From an uncultured Chloroflexia bacterium (GTDB lineage Bacteria; Chloroflexota; Ktedonobacteria; Ktedonobacterales; JADMIN01): a stretch of DNA of 32,000 bases. Each line of letters starts with the position of its first letter. The first letter of the stretch is position 1. Of the stretch, positions 13,708-21,997 are shown piece by piece. The stretch spans positions 390,001 through 422,000 of the forward strand of contig CAVRAI010000001.1 of assembly GCA_963718915.1 (NCBI GenBank). The letters run 5' to 3'. A program made the position numbers and the translations under genes. The notes below the pieces were generated by a model. That model was not told the origin of the DNA. It worked only from the letters and a program-made list of their open reading frames with translations, and made no database searches.

Positions 13708-15606
13708 CTACCCCGTGTAATAGTAGATGACATACCCGCCGACGACTGCGCGGGTATAGCCCTCGTGTGGCAGCCCCGCAGCCTCCGCAAGTTGGGCGAA
13801 TTGGCGATCCTGCACGCTGCCGAGCGTCAGCAGATAGGCGGGATGAGGCGTCCATGCAAGCTCATCCACCCACGGCTGATAGCGGTTGGCGTTGAGCGTC
13901 AGATTCGGCTGACCGACCTCGCCACGAATCGCGCAGTACAGCCGCTCGTCCACCTCGAAGGCGACACGATAGCATGCCCAGTAGTCGTTGGTGTAGTAGG
14001 CCGTGACCTGATGGGCGTCGAAGAAGGCAATGATCGGGCGATCCACCGGCACAATCGGCTGAGCAAAGCGCGTGGCGTCGCCAGAATAGGCCAGCGTCTG
14101 CGCGCCACCATAGAGGCTGCTCGCCAGCATCCACACCAGCCCCAGCGCCGCTATAGCTGGGACGATCCAGCGTTTCCTTAAGGCGACCTTGCCAGTTGAA
14201 TGCAATGTTGTGCTGCGGCCCCTCCCCTCATAGGGGAGGGGGTAGGGGGAGAGGTTCTTCGCCGCTGACCACAACACGCCGACGAAGAGCGGCGTCGCCA
14301 GATAGAGCGGCAGCAGATAGCGCGCCGAGGTGAATTGGAAGTTGGCGGCGTCACGGCTGGTGAGGAAGAGCGCCAGCGTCAGCAGCGCGATGCCCAGCAG
14401 CATCGCCCGCAGCCAGCGCCGCGCATTTGCCTCAGTATTCGATTGCGCCGCCAGGCGCGCCACCTCGCCCTCTCCGGCCGATTGGATGCGCATGCCGCGT
14501 CGAGCCAGCCAGTCGCGCACGACGGCCAGTTGCGGCGTCAGTCGCAGCCAGAGCCAGAGCCAGCGTCCAAGCTGCCAGGCGACCACACCCAGCAGGAAGA
14601 GCGCGCCCAGCGAGATCATCACGTTCGGCGCCTGACACGCCAGATCGTTTCCGGCGGTGGAACGAGCCATTGCGGGCGGGTAGGAGTCCCAGATGTTGCC
14701 CTGGGTGATACAGACCTGTGGGCTGCCCGCCACCACTGGTAGCCCGGCGGTGAGCGCCCCGGAGGACTGGAGCAGCACGCCCGAAGGATTGCTCTGGTGC
14801 GAAAGCTGTTTGTAGGTGGCGTTGCCGGTCGCGAGATTGAAGCTGATGTAGGGCCACGCGCCGAGCAGCATCCCTACCACCAGCGCCACCCCGGCCAGCG
14901 AGAGCAGCTCGCGCCAGCGTCCGATGAGCAGCGCGCCCGCCGCCACCAGCAGAATCGGCGCGATCAGCATATCTGACCAGAGGCCCACCCCGGCGAGCAC
15001 GCCGAGCGCCGCATAGAACGCGATGCAGCGGAGCCAGCCCGCGCGGCTCGTCGGGCGTGTATAGGGCAGCCGCAGCCGCGACCAGACACCGAGCAGAATC
15101 AGCCCGCCAAGCAACAGCAGCTCCTGATAGCCGCCAATCGGCGCCAGTTGTCGCAGCGTGAAGATCGGCGGGCTGATGACCAGCCACGCGAGCGCCAGCA
15201 ATCCCACCGTCGGCCCGTAGGCGGCGCGCCCAATCCAGTAGACGGTGGCGAGGAAGCCGAGCGTCAGCAGCAGCGCGCTCAGTCCCAGCACGAAGGTGGA
15301 TGAGCCAAAGAGCGCGAAGAGCAGCGCGGCGAAATAGGCCTCGAACGGCCCCATGTAGTTCTGGCCCCAGAAGAAGGTGGGACGCTCGCCGTGCAGGATA
15401 TGGCGCGCCATCAGCCCAATGACCGCTTCATCGCTATCGAGCGCGGGCCAGCCACGCGCCAGCAGGATCAGGCGATAGATGGCCGCCAGCGCGAGCAGGA
15501 GCAGCGCCACGCGCCCCGGCGTCAGCGCGCGCATTGTGGTGCGCAGCAGCCCGCCAGATTGCTTGCCCGGTGCGGCTCGTGATTCGGTCGTCGCGCTCAT
15601 GCCCAT
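13708..15606 (-). CDS. GT-C fold glycosyltransferase, PMT/ArnT-like (GT39/GT83-like) polytopic membrane protein
   Basis: 632-aa ORF with many TM helices. The first loop, WPALDSDEAVIGLMARHILHGERPTFFWGQNYMGPFEAY, carries the acidic pair typical of GT-C enzymes. The C-terminal soluble domain is uncharacterised. The start could be 15606, 15600 or a later Met. Confidence 0.6.
   Translation of the reverse strand: MGMSATTESRAAPGKQSGGLLRTTMRALTPGRVALLLLALAAIYRLILLARGWPALDSDEAVIGLMARHILHGERPTFFWGQNYMGPFEAYFAALLFALFGSSTFVLGLSALLLTLGFLATVYWIGRAAYGPTVGLLALAWLVISPPIFTLRQLAPIGGYQELLLLGGLILLGVWSRLRLPYTRPTSRAGWLRCIAFYAALGVLAGVGLWSDMLIAPILLVAAGALLIGRWRELLSLAGVALVVGMLLGAWPYISFNLATGNATYKQLSHQSNPSGVLLQSSGALTAGLPVVAGSPQVCITQGNIWDSYPPAMARSTAGNDLACQAPNVMISLGALFLLGVVAWQLGRWLWLWLRLTPQLAVVRDWLARRGMRIQSAGEGEVARLAAQSNTEANARRWLRAMLLGIALLTLALFLTSRDAANFQFTSARYLLPLYLATPLFVGVLWSAAKNLSPYPLPYEGRGRSTTLHSTGKVALRKRWIVPAIAALGLVWMLASSLYGGAQTLAYSGDATRFAQPIVPVDRPIIAFFDAHQVTAYYTNDYWACYRVAFEVDERLYCAIRGEVGQPNLTLNANRYQPWVDELAWTPHPAYLLTLGSVQDRQFAQLAEAAGLPHEGYTRAVVGGYVIYYYTG
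14219..14255. repeat. Hairpin repeat, copy c, embedded in-frame in the glycosyltransferase CDS
   Basis: Perfect stem CCCCTCCCC (14219-14227), loop tcata, GGGGAGGGG (14233-14241), then GTAGGGGGAGAGGT. On the coding strand this encodes NLSPYPLPYEGRGRS. Confidence 0.75.
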
Positions 15607-15660
15607 CCTGTCGAGATTCTGCGGCTATCGTAATTTCAATATCTCTCAACCTCTTGTACT

Positions 15661-15697
15661 CCCTCTCCTCGTGGGAGAGGGGGCCAGGGGGTGAGGT
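15661..15697. repeat. CCCTCTCC hairpin repeat, copy d
   Basis: CCCTCTCC (15661-15668), loop tcgtg, GGAGAGGG (15674-15681), then GGCCAGGGGGTGAGGT. Confidence 0.8.
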
Positions 15698-15731
15698 CAT
15701 CCCGTTATTGTACCCCCATACGCGGGCCAGC

Positions 15732-16755
15732 TCAGTAATAGATGGTACGGGTGCGGTGATAGGGGACGCCATCGGGCGGCGCGGCCTGGCTTTCGAGCCA
15801 GATACGATAGTCAATCGCGCTGGCCGTCTGCTGGATGCCCACGCGCGCCAGCGCCCGACGCAGCAGCTCGACCGCCCAGACCGTCGCGGCGCGTATCTCC
15901 ACCTCGGCGTCCGCGCCCGGATGGAATCAGCGTGTAGCTCTCGATCAACTCGGCCAGCTCCGGCTCGTAGACCAGCACGCCCTCGCGCCGTAGCATCTGC
16001 GGCAGCTTATAGTCCGCGAAGGCGGTCAGCCGCTCGATGCCACGGAGCGCGCGCCAGTTGTTGCCACCGAAGGCCGTGTGGATATCGGCGACACATATCT
16101 GCGCGCGTTTGAGAAATGGCACGGATTGCTCGTTCCACTCGGCCACATCGGCAAAGGATGAGAAATCGCGCGCCAGCAGCAGCGCCAGCGCCACCGCGTC
16201 CCAATTCGCCGCCGCGAAGACGTGGCTCATATGGCCATCGTAGCGCTCACCCAGCACCTGCCCCACCTCACGCGCATTGGCCAGCCGCTCCACGAAGAGC
16301 GGGATGGTTGGGTAGCCCGGCGCTGGCCGCAAGACCTCCGCAAGCTGCTCGGCGGTGAGGTCCGCCAGAAAGGCCGCGTCGGCGAGCGGTACGCCGTCCT
16401 CCATGGCGCGCGTGCAGGCCGCCGCCAGCGCGTAATAGCCGTCCCACGTTTGCCCGCGCCACTCGACCGACCAGCGCGGTTCGCCCGGCTCGCCCCAGAA
16501 ACAGAAGTTGAGCGCGTCCACCAGCAGCATCCAATTCGCCGTGCGCTCCGTGCCGTCGTTGAAGTGCATCGCCGCGAAATCTGCCGCGACCGCTGGCCAC
16601 GGCTGCCTGACCCAGCGCTCGGCCAACCGTTCGGCAGCGTCGGCGTCGAGCGTCACTAGCGTCCCCTCGCGCACGACGGACGCCGTTCCGGTCAGCACGC
16701 CGAGGTCGTCGTTGTCTGGGACTGCGAGCGTCAGGTTCGGCGGAGCTATTGACAT
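15732..16755 (-). pseudogene. Queuosine-salvage family (DUF2419 / QNG1-like) gene with a +1 frameshift near 15916-15918
   Basis: ATG at 16755 with an AAAGGA RBS. The N-frame runs through ...YKLPQMLRREGVLVYEPELAELIESYTLIPSG and then turns into Arg/Gly junk. Shifting one base gives GADAEVEIRAATVWAVELLRRALARVGIQQTASAIDYRIWLESQ...PYHRTRTIYY*, ending at 15732, which is the canonical family C-terminus. 1021 nt separate the first base of the ATG from the first base of that stop codon, one more than a multiple of 3. Confidence 0.7.
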
Positions 16756-16825
16756 GGTGTTCCTTTGAGCAAGCCGACGGTTGAATACCATCCGCATCGA
16801 GTTCGCACGATAGTGTATGAAGTAC

Positions 16826-17314
16826 TTACTCCTGGGGCTGTCTGGCAGCTGCTTCAGGCATTGAACGGATCCGCGCCGCCTGCTCCACCTGCAAGCGATA
16901 GCCATCCTTGAGAAAATCGTACAGGAATTGCAGCTCGCTATCACTGAAGCGTGCGAGATGCTCCATGCCCATGCGTCCAATTGGGCCATAGACGGCCTCG
17001 ATACCTTCCCAGGCCTCGGACGTCGCCTCAACGAGTATAGCGCGTCGGTCTCCGTTGGCCCGAGTGCGCTGGACATATCCAACGCGTTCGAGTCGATCAA
17101 TGGCCACTGTTGTGGCGCCAGGGCTGAGTCCAGCCGCGCTAGCCAGACGTCCGGCGTTCATCGGCCCGTGGCTATACAGAAGCCCCAGCAGGCGCAGATC
17201 AGTACGGTTGATCCCCAGATGCGCCGCCGCCGCCTCATCGACGAGAGCCGTCGCGCTTTGGAGCTGGGCAATCGCCTGCGCCACCTCTCCGAGTAGAGCT
17301 TCACGTGCTTTCAT
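16826..17314 (-). CDS. MarR family transcriptional regulator
   Basis: 162 aa counted from the ATG at 17314. The winged-helix region is LGINRTDLRLLGLLYSHGPMNAGRLASAAGLSPGATTVAIDRLERVGYVQRTRANGDRRAILVEAT. The longer 268-aa ORF in the track has an implausible N-terminus. Confidence 0.85.
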   Translation of the reverse strand: MKAREALLGEVAQAIAQLQSATALVDEAAAAHLGINRTDLRLLGLLYSHGPMNAGRLASAAGLSPGATTVAIDRLERVGYVQRTRANGDRRAILVEATSEAWEGIEAVYGPIGRMGMEHLARFSDSELQFLYDFLKDGYRLQVEQAARIRSMPEAAARQPQE

Positions 17315-17323
17315 TGTCACCCA

Positions 17324-17348
17324 GATATTTTTATGGTAAAAACATATC
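17324..17348. promoter_or_regulatory. Imperfect inverted repeat in the MarR/oxidoreductase divergent region (candidate MarR operator)
   Basis: GATATTTTTA-tgg-TAAAAAcATATC. The arms are complementary except for one inserted C. The repeat lies 10 nt upstream of the MarR ATG. Confidence 0.4.
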
Positions 17349-17449
17349 ACTGTCAAAACAAATGCTGCCCGCGTGTGCTCCTTCAGTATAGCGCAACACG
17401 CCTCTATCGTCTTGGGCCGGGCAGCACTACAGCAGAAGGGATATCTCCT

Positions 17450-17926
17450 ATGGCGCCCACGAGCGCTCACAATTTGCTCCCGCGCTGGCTCAAGTCTGCC
17501 AACCGTCTCGTCATGATGCTTCAGCGTCTGGGCCTGCCAACTGGCACTATCTATGTGCTGACGGTTCCAGGCCGCACGTCCGGGAATCTGCGAAGCACGC
17601 CCGTTTCCGCGCTCACGGTGGACAACAGGCAATATATCGTCGGGGGAATGGCCGACATGGACTGGGTGCGGAATGTCCGCGCGGCAGGATGGGGCATACT
17701 CGCGAGTCGCCGCAGGCGCGAGCGCGTTACCCTGATCGAGCTACCCCCACAAGAGCGCGCGCCGATTCTGCACGAATTTCCACGACTGGTCCCAGGAGGA
17801 GTGCCTTTTTTCCGGCGACTCTATAGCCTCCCCGATGACCGAGCGGCCTTGCCCGATGCGTTTGCTGGCCTGGCGGATCGCGCGACCGTTTTCCGGGTCG
17901 AGCATGCCGAGCCAGCGCGGGAATAA
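17450..17926 (+). CDS. Nitroreductase-family deazaflavin (F420)-dependent oxidoreductase-like protein (DUF385/Ddn-like)
   Basis: The 158 aa from the ATG at 17450 (GAAGGG 9 nt upstream) read NRLVMMLQRLGLPTGTIYVLTVPGRTSGNLRSTPVSALTVDNRQYIVGG...WVRNVRAAG. This fits the split-barrel Ddn-like pattern. Confidence 0.6.
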   Translation: MAPTSAHNLLPRWLKSANRLVMMLQRLGLPTGTIYVLTVPGRTSGNLRSTPVSALTVDNRQYIVGGMADMDWVRNVRAAGWGILASRRRRERVTLIELPPQERAPILHEFPRLVPGGVPFFRRLYSLPDDRAALPDAFAGLADRATVFRVEHAEPARE

Positions 17927-18058
17927 CGCGGCGCGATTCATGCGGGTGCTGCTCGTGGTCGCGGTCATCAATCCGCCGCCATCGTATGGTACAATGCCCG
18001 TCATTGGCGCTGTCAACGGCGATAGCGCTTCATCTCCTCACTTTGAAGGAGGCTTGCT

Positions 18059-18538
18059 ATGCTCGCGCGCGACATCATGACCCGCCAGGTTATCAGCATT
18101 TCCCCAACCACCGCTCTGCAGGAGATAGCGGACCTGCTCGCGGAATACCGCATCAGTGGCGTCCCGGTGGTCGATGACAAGGGCCATCTCCTGGGATTAG
18201 TGACCGAGGCCGACCTCATCAGCAAGCGTGGCGCGACCGCCGCCGACATCCTGAGCAGCCGCGTCGTCACGGTGCGGGAGACGACGCCCGTGGACGAGAT
18301 CGCGCAGATTCTCACCAGCAATCGTTTCAAGCGCGTGCCGGTCGTGCGCGAAGACAGGGTGGTTGGCATCGTCAGCCGCGCCGACATCGTGCGCATGATG
18401 GCCAGCCGCTGGGCTTGTGATGTCTGCGGCGCGATTCAGCACGGGCGTATGCCCACGGTCTGTGAGAGCTGCGGCGCCGATGGCAGCCACTTCGAGCGCG
18501 AACTCGACCCGCGCCCAGAGGTCACCCAGCACCAGTAA
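18059..18538 (+). CDS. CBS-pair domain protein with C-terminal CxxC...CxxC zinc-ribbon
   Basis: GAAGGAGG RBS. There are two CBS motifs (DIMTRQVISISP...ISGVPVVDDKGHLLGLVTEADL and VVTVRETTPVDEIAQ...RVPVVREDRVVGIVSRADIV), followed by CDVCGAIQHGRMPTVCESCG. Confidence 0.85.
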   Translation: MLARDIMTRQVISISPTTALQEIADLLAEYRISGVPVVDDKGHLLGLVTEADLISKRGATAADILSSRVVTVRETTPVDEIAQILTSNRFKRVPVVREDRVVGIVSRADIVRMMASRWACDVCGAIQHGRMPTVCESCGADGSHFERELDPRPEVTQHQ

Positions 18539-18587
18539 AATCAACAGTGAGAGTAGCAGAGGAAGCGCTCTCAACCACTCCCGCAGT

Positions 18588-18634
18588 CCCCTCTCCCACA
18601 AGGAGAGGGGGTGGCCGCAGGCCGGGGGTGAGGT
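18588..18634. repeat. CCCCTCTCC hairpin repeat, copy e (after CBS gene)
   Basis: CCCCTCTCC (18588-18596), loop cacaa, GGAGAGGGG (18602-18610), then GTGGCCGCAGGCCGGGGGTGAGGT. Confidence 0.8.
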
Positions 18635-18964
18635 CCGACGACACGGACATCTATCCCCATAGACCCCCACAACTTGACGGGAAGAGTAGCCAAAACAGGC
18701 AGACATCCCGGCTATATTCTTGTGCCTGCTTCCTCTCATCGGGTACAATGGCATCCGTCTCAAACTAGATTTCTGGCTATTATCGCATGGCTGCCGAACC
18801 GCTGCCCGCCCTCATTGGCAGGCGGGTGGCCGCTGGCGCAGCCAGGAACGATAGCGCGCCGCACTCATCGCATGCAAACGACATACTAAAACAGTAGATG
18901 ACATCGCACGACTGCATAGTCAAGCATAGTCAAACATACACAAGGACAAAGGGGGCGATTGCCA

Positions 18965-19756
18965 GTGACGACACGGGTATTTGCGATCGCGAATCAAAAG
19001 GGTGGCGTAGGCAAGACCACCTCGACGATAAATCTGGGGGCATATCTGGCGAAAGCGGGCCGCAGAACGCTCATCATCGACCTTGACCCACAGTCCAACA
19101 CGACGACCGGCCTCGGCGTGGATTCTCACGCGGTTGGAACCTCCATCTACGAGGTGCTCGTAGATGTGAGCGTTAACCCCGCCGATGTCATCCGCAAGGA
19201 GATCCGCCCCAACCTCGCGCTCCTCCCGGCCAAGGTCGATCTCTACGCCGCCGATATCGAACTGGTCTATCTGGATAACCGTGAGTACCGGATGCGGCAT
19301 ATCCTCGACCAGATCCGCGACGACTACGAGTTCATCTTGATCGACTGTCCACCGTCGCTCGGCCTACTGACCGTGAACGCGCTGACCGCCGCCGATGGGG
19401 TAATTCTGCCCCTCCAATGCGAATACTTCGCCCTCGAAGGTATGCAACAGTTGCTCAATACCATTCGGCTGGTGCGCGACCGCCTGAACAACAAGGTGAT
19501 GTTGTTTGGCGTGGTGCTGACGATGTTTGACTCGCGGACCAACCTCGCCACAGAGGTGGTCAATGAGGTCAGCCAGCACTTCCCCAAGGAGAAGTTCGAA
19601 ACACTGATCCCGCGCAACGTGCGGCTTTCGGAGGCGCCAAGCTTTGGCCTCACTGTGCTGGAGCACGATCCGCGCTCTCCGGGCGCGCTGGCCTATCAGA
19701 AACTGGCAGAGGAAGTAATCGCTCGCGCAGAAATCATGGAGTCGCTCTATGCCTAA
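18965..19756 (+). CDS. parA: ParA/Soj chromosome-partitioning ATPase
   Basis: VFAIANQKGGVGKTT deviant Walker A, then IIDLDPQSN and LIDCPPSLG. The GTG at 18965 (AAAGGGGG 9 nt upstream) is preferred over the TTG at 18959 in the track. Confidence 0.9.
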   Translation: MTTRVFAIANQKGGVGKTTSTINLGAYLAKAGRRTLIIDLDPQSNTTTGLGVDSHAVGTSIYEVLVDVSVNPADVIRKEIRPNLALLPAKVDLYAADIELVYLDNREYRMRHILDQIRDDYEFILIDCPPSLGLLTVNALTAADGVILPLQCEYFALEGMQQLLNTIRLVRDRLNNKVMLFGVVLTMFDSRTNLATEVVNEVSQHFPKEKFETLIPRNVRLSEAPSFGLTVLEHDPRSPGALAYQKLAEEVIARAEIMESLYA

Positions 19757-20834
19757 ACAACGATTCGGTCTCGGTCGTGGCCTGGATGCGCTGATTCCCG
19801 GCGCCAGCCTCGCCGATGTCGCGCCCCTCTCGGAAGATACGCCGCTCGATTCGAGCCTCTCGCCCTCGTCGGTCTTTGAGGCGCCGATAGACGCCATCTC
19901 GCCGAACCCACAGCAGCCACGCGCCGTGGTGGATGACGATCCGCAACTGCGCGAACTGGCCGCCTCGATCCGCGAGTATGGGCTGCTCCAGCCGTTGCTG
20001 GTGACGATCAGCGGGCAGGACGACCACGGTCCGCTCTTCCAGCTGATCGCGGGCGAGCGCCGCTGGCGGGCCGCGCGACTGGCGGAACTGCGGATGGTTC
20101 CGGTGGTGATTCGCGAGGCAACGCCGCAACTGATGCTGGAGATGGCGCTGATCGAAAACCTCCAGCGCACCGACCTCAACCCGCTGGAAGAGGCGCAGGG
20201 CTATCTGATGCTGATGGATGAGTATGGGCTGACGCAGGAAATGGTCGCCCAGCGCATCGGACGTAACCGCGCCACGGTTGCGAATACGGTGCGGCTGCTC
20301 CAACTGCCCGACGAGGTGCGCGAGGCGCTGGTGACGATGCCCCGCGCGTTCACCGAGGGCCACGCCCGCGCCGTCTTACAGATCAATGGCGACGCGGCGC
20401 GCATCAACGCGATGAAGATGATTATCGCGCAGGGGATGAGTGTGCGGCAGGCCGAAGAACTGGCGCGCCGGTTAAATGAGCGGGCGCTGGGTATCGCCAA
20501 CGACCGCCGCGGCTCGGTGACGCGCACCCAGAGTGGCGAGACGCGCGCGCTGGAGGAGGAGTTCACCCGCGCCGTCGAGATGAAGGTACGGCTCCAGCGG
20601 ACGACCCGCGGCAAGGGCCAGCTTACGCTCTACTTCACCAACGACCAGCAACTCGAAACGCTCTACTCGCGGCTGGTCGGCGCGATGCGCGCCGGGCAGA
20701 ACGGCCACGACGCCTACGCCCTGCTGGACGGCAGCGAGCCATTGAACCTGTCGTACGACGACCTCGCCGACGAAGACGACGACCTGATCGACGACGAGGA
20801 TGACGGAGACGACGGAGATGACGCTGGCGAGTAG
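19749..20834 (+). CDS. parB: ParB/Spo0J partition protein with strongly acidic C-terminal tail
   Basis: GLGRGLDALIP, ISPNPQQPR, LLQPLLV, LIAGERRWRAARLA, the HTH LTQEMVAQRIGRNRATVANTVRLLQLP, and the tail DDLADEDDDLIDDEDDGDDGDDAGE. It overlaps parA by 8 nt. Confidence 0.9.
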   Translation: MPKQRFGLGRGLDALIPGASLADVAPLSEDTPLDSSLSPSSVFEAPIDAISPNPQQPRAVVDDDPQLRELAASIREYGLLQPLLVTISGQDDHGPLFQLIAGERRWRAARLAELRMVPVVIREATPQLMLEMALIENLQRTDLNPLEEAQGYLMLMDEYGLTQEMVAQRIGRNRATVANTVRLLQLPDEVREALVTMPRAFTEGHARAVLQINGDAARINAMKMIIAQGMSVRQAEELARRLNERALGIANDRRGSVTRTQSGETRALEEEFTRAVEMKVRLQRTTRGKGQLTLYFTNDQQLETLYSRLVGAMRAGQNGHDAYALLDGSEPLNLSYDDLADEDDDLIDDEDDGDDGDDAGE

Positions 20835-20917
20835 GTCGCCAGAAGCGGCTGGCGGCCAGTGTGTTTTTACTTGTTCTTACGTAGTTTTGAAATTACCAGG
20901 GACAGGCGCTGGGGAGC

Positions 20918-21113
20918 GCGGGCGGTTGAAACCGCGCCTTTGGGGCCTGCGGCCACCAAGTCCGCCGTCGCGGACTCCCAGATCGTGTCCCAACGCGCGA
21001 CCCGTTGGCGAGCGGTTCTGGGCAACCCGCGCAGGCGGGTTTCGTGGCGGAGCGTGCGCAGCAGGCGAGGCCCACAAGGCGCGACTTCAGTCGCCCGCCG
21101 CCGTGGCGGTCCG
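20918..21113. repeat. Mosaic of short GC-rich hairpin units (BIME/REP-like), copy B
   Basis: GCGG-ttgaaa-CCGC (20922-20935), AGTCCGC-cgtc-GCGGACT (20959-20976), AACCCGC-gcag-GCGGGTT (21024-21041) and GCGACT-tc-AGTCGC (21081-21094). The unit order is colinear with copy A at 1054-1221. Confidence 0.75.
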
Positions 21114-21120
21114 TCGTAAT

Positions 21121-21288
21121 TAGTAAAACGACATCAGAACACCCTACGTCGTGGTGGGCGAGGCAGGCCGTAGCATACATGCATCAATGCTACGGCGAGT
21201 TTCCCGGCCTCTCTGGCCATTTGCTGGCAGGCCCCGGCTTGCTCGCCTCACCGCAATGCCCGTGTCCGTCGTACATGGTAAAAGTACA
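21121..21288. mobile_element. Second copy of the MITE-like element (left boundary uncertain)
   Basis: The core CCGTAGC...GCGAGTTTCCCGGCCTCTCTGGCCATTTGCTGGCAGGCCCCGGC matches 11990-12055. The right arm CACCGCAATGCCCGTGTCCGTCGTACATGGTAAAAGTACA is the reverse complement of the left arm of the 11940 copy. Confidence 0.6.
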
Positions 21289-21437
21289 TCAACCGCCCGT
21301 CTTCACGCGCCCGCCAGCGCGCCGACGCTATAGCAGAAGCGCGGCGATACGCGGTACAATGCGGCGCGGTGCAATGCGGCATCTGGGTACGTTCCCTCCC
21401 CTTGCTGGCCCCGCTGTGCATAGAAGGAGAAGCCGCC

Positions 21438-21917
21438 ATGCTGGTCGATGGATGCCTTGCCTGTGACGTCCTTGCCGGGAAAGTGACACCGCCCGGCGGC
21501 GTCATCTATGACGACCAGTACTGGCGCGTGGATCATTCGACCAGTCCGGTTGTGCTCCCTGGCTTTCTCATCGTCAAGCCGCGCCGCCACGTCGAACACA
21601 TCGCCCTGCTCACCGCCGAGGAGATGGCCGCCTTTGGGCCGTTGCTGCGCAACACCTGCCGCGCGCTGGCCCATGTGCTGCATCCCGCCAAGATCTACGC
21701 GACCTCCTTTGGCGAGGCGGTTGCGCACGTGCATTTCTATGTGCTCCCACGCATGCCAGATATGCCCGCCAATGGCATCGAGGTACTCAGCCGCCTCTTC
21801 AGCGAGAAGCCCTGGGCGGGCAGCGACGAGGAGGCCGCCGCCATCGCCGATCAGGTGCGGCCCATCCTCACTGAAATGATGCGCCAGGACATCGCGCGCG
21901 GCATGGATCATCCCTGA
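21438..21917 (+). CDS. HIT family protein (variant histidine triad)
   Basis: GAAGGAG RBS 8 nt before the ATG at 21438. CLACDVLAGK, PGFLIVKPRRHV and AHVHFYVLPR are present. The motif reads H-V-H-F-Y, with Tyr at the third His position. Confidence 0.75.
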   Translation: MLVDGCLACDVLAGKVTPPGGVIYDDQYWRVDHSTSPVVLPGFLIVKPRRHVEHIALLTAEEMAAFGPLLRNTCRALAHVLHPAKIYATSFGEAVAHVHFYVLPRMPDMPANGIEVLSRLFSEKPWAGSDEEAAAIADQVRPILTEMMRQDIARGMDHP

Positions 21918-21997
21918 CGTAGCCTCACCAATAGGTAAAACCCTGGCGCGCCGTGCGTCGTGACTGACAACGACGACAGCATGGAGGGAGCGGCGGC

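Noticed and set aside
15811-17100. 429-aa ORF taken as a single gene
   Set aside because: It is a composite. Its first 115 codons overlap the MarR gene in another frame and look like noise. The real gene starts at 16755, and the last ~35 codons are out-of-frame read-through after the frameshift near 15916.
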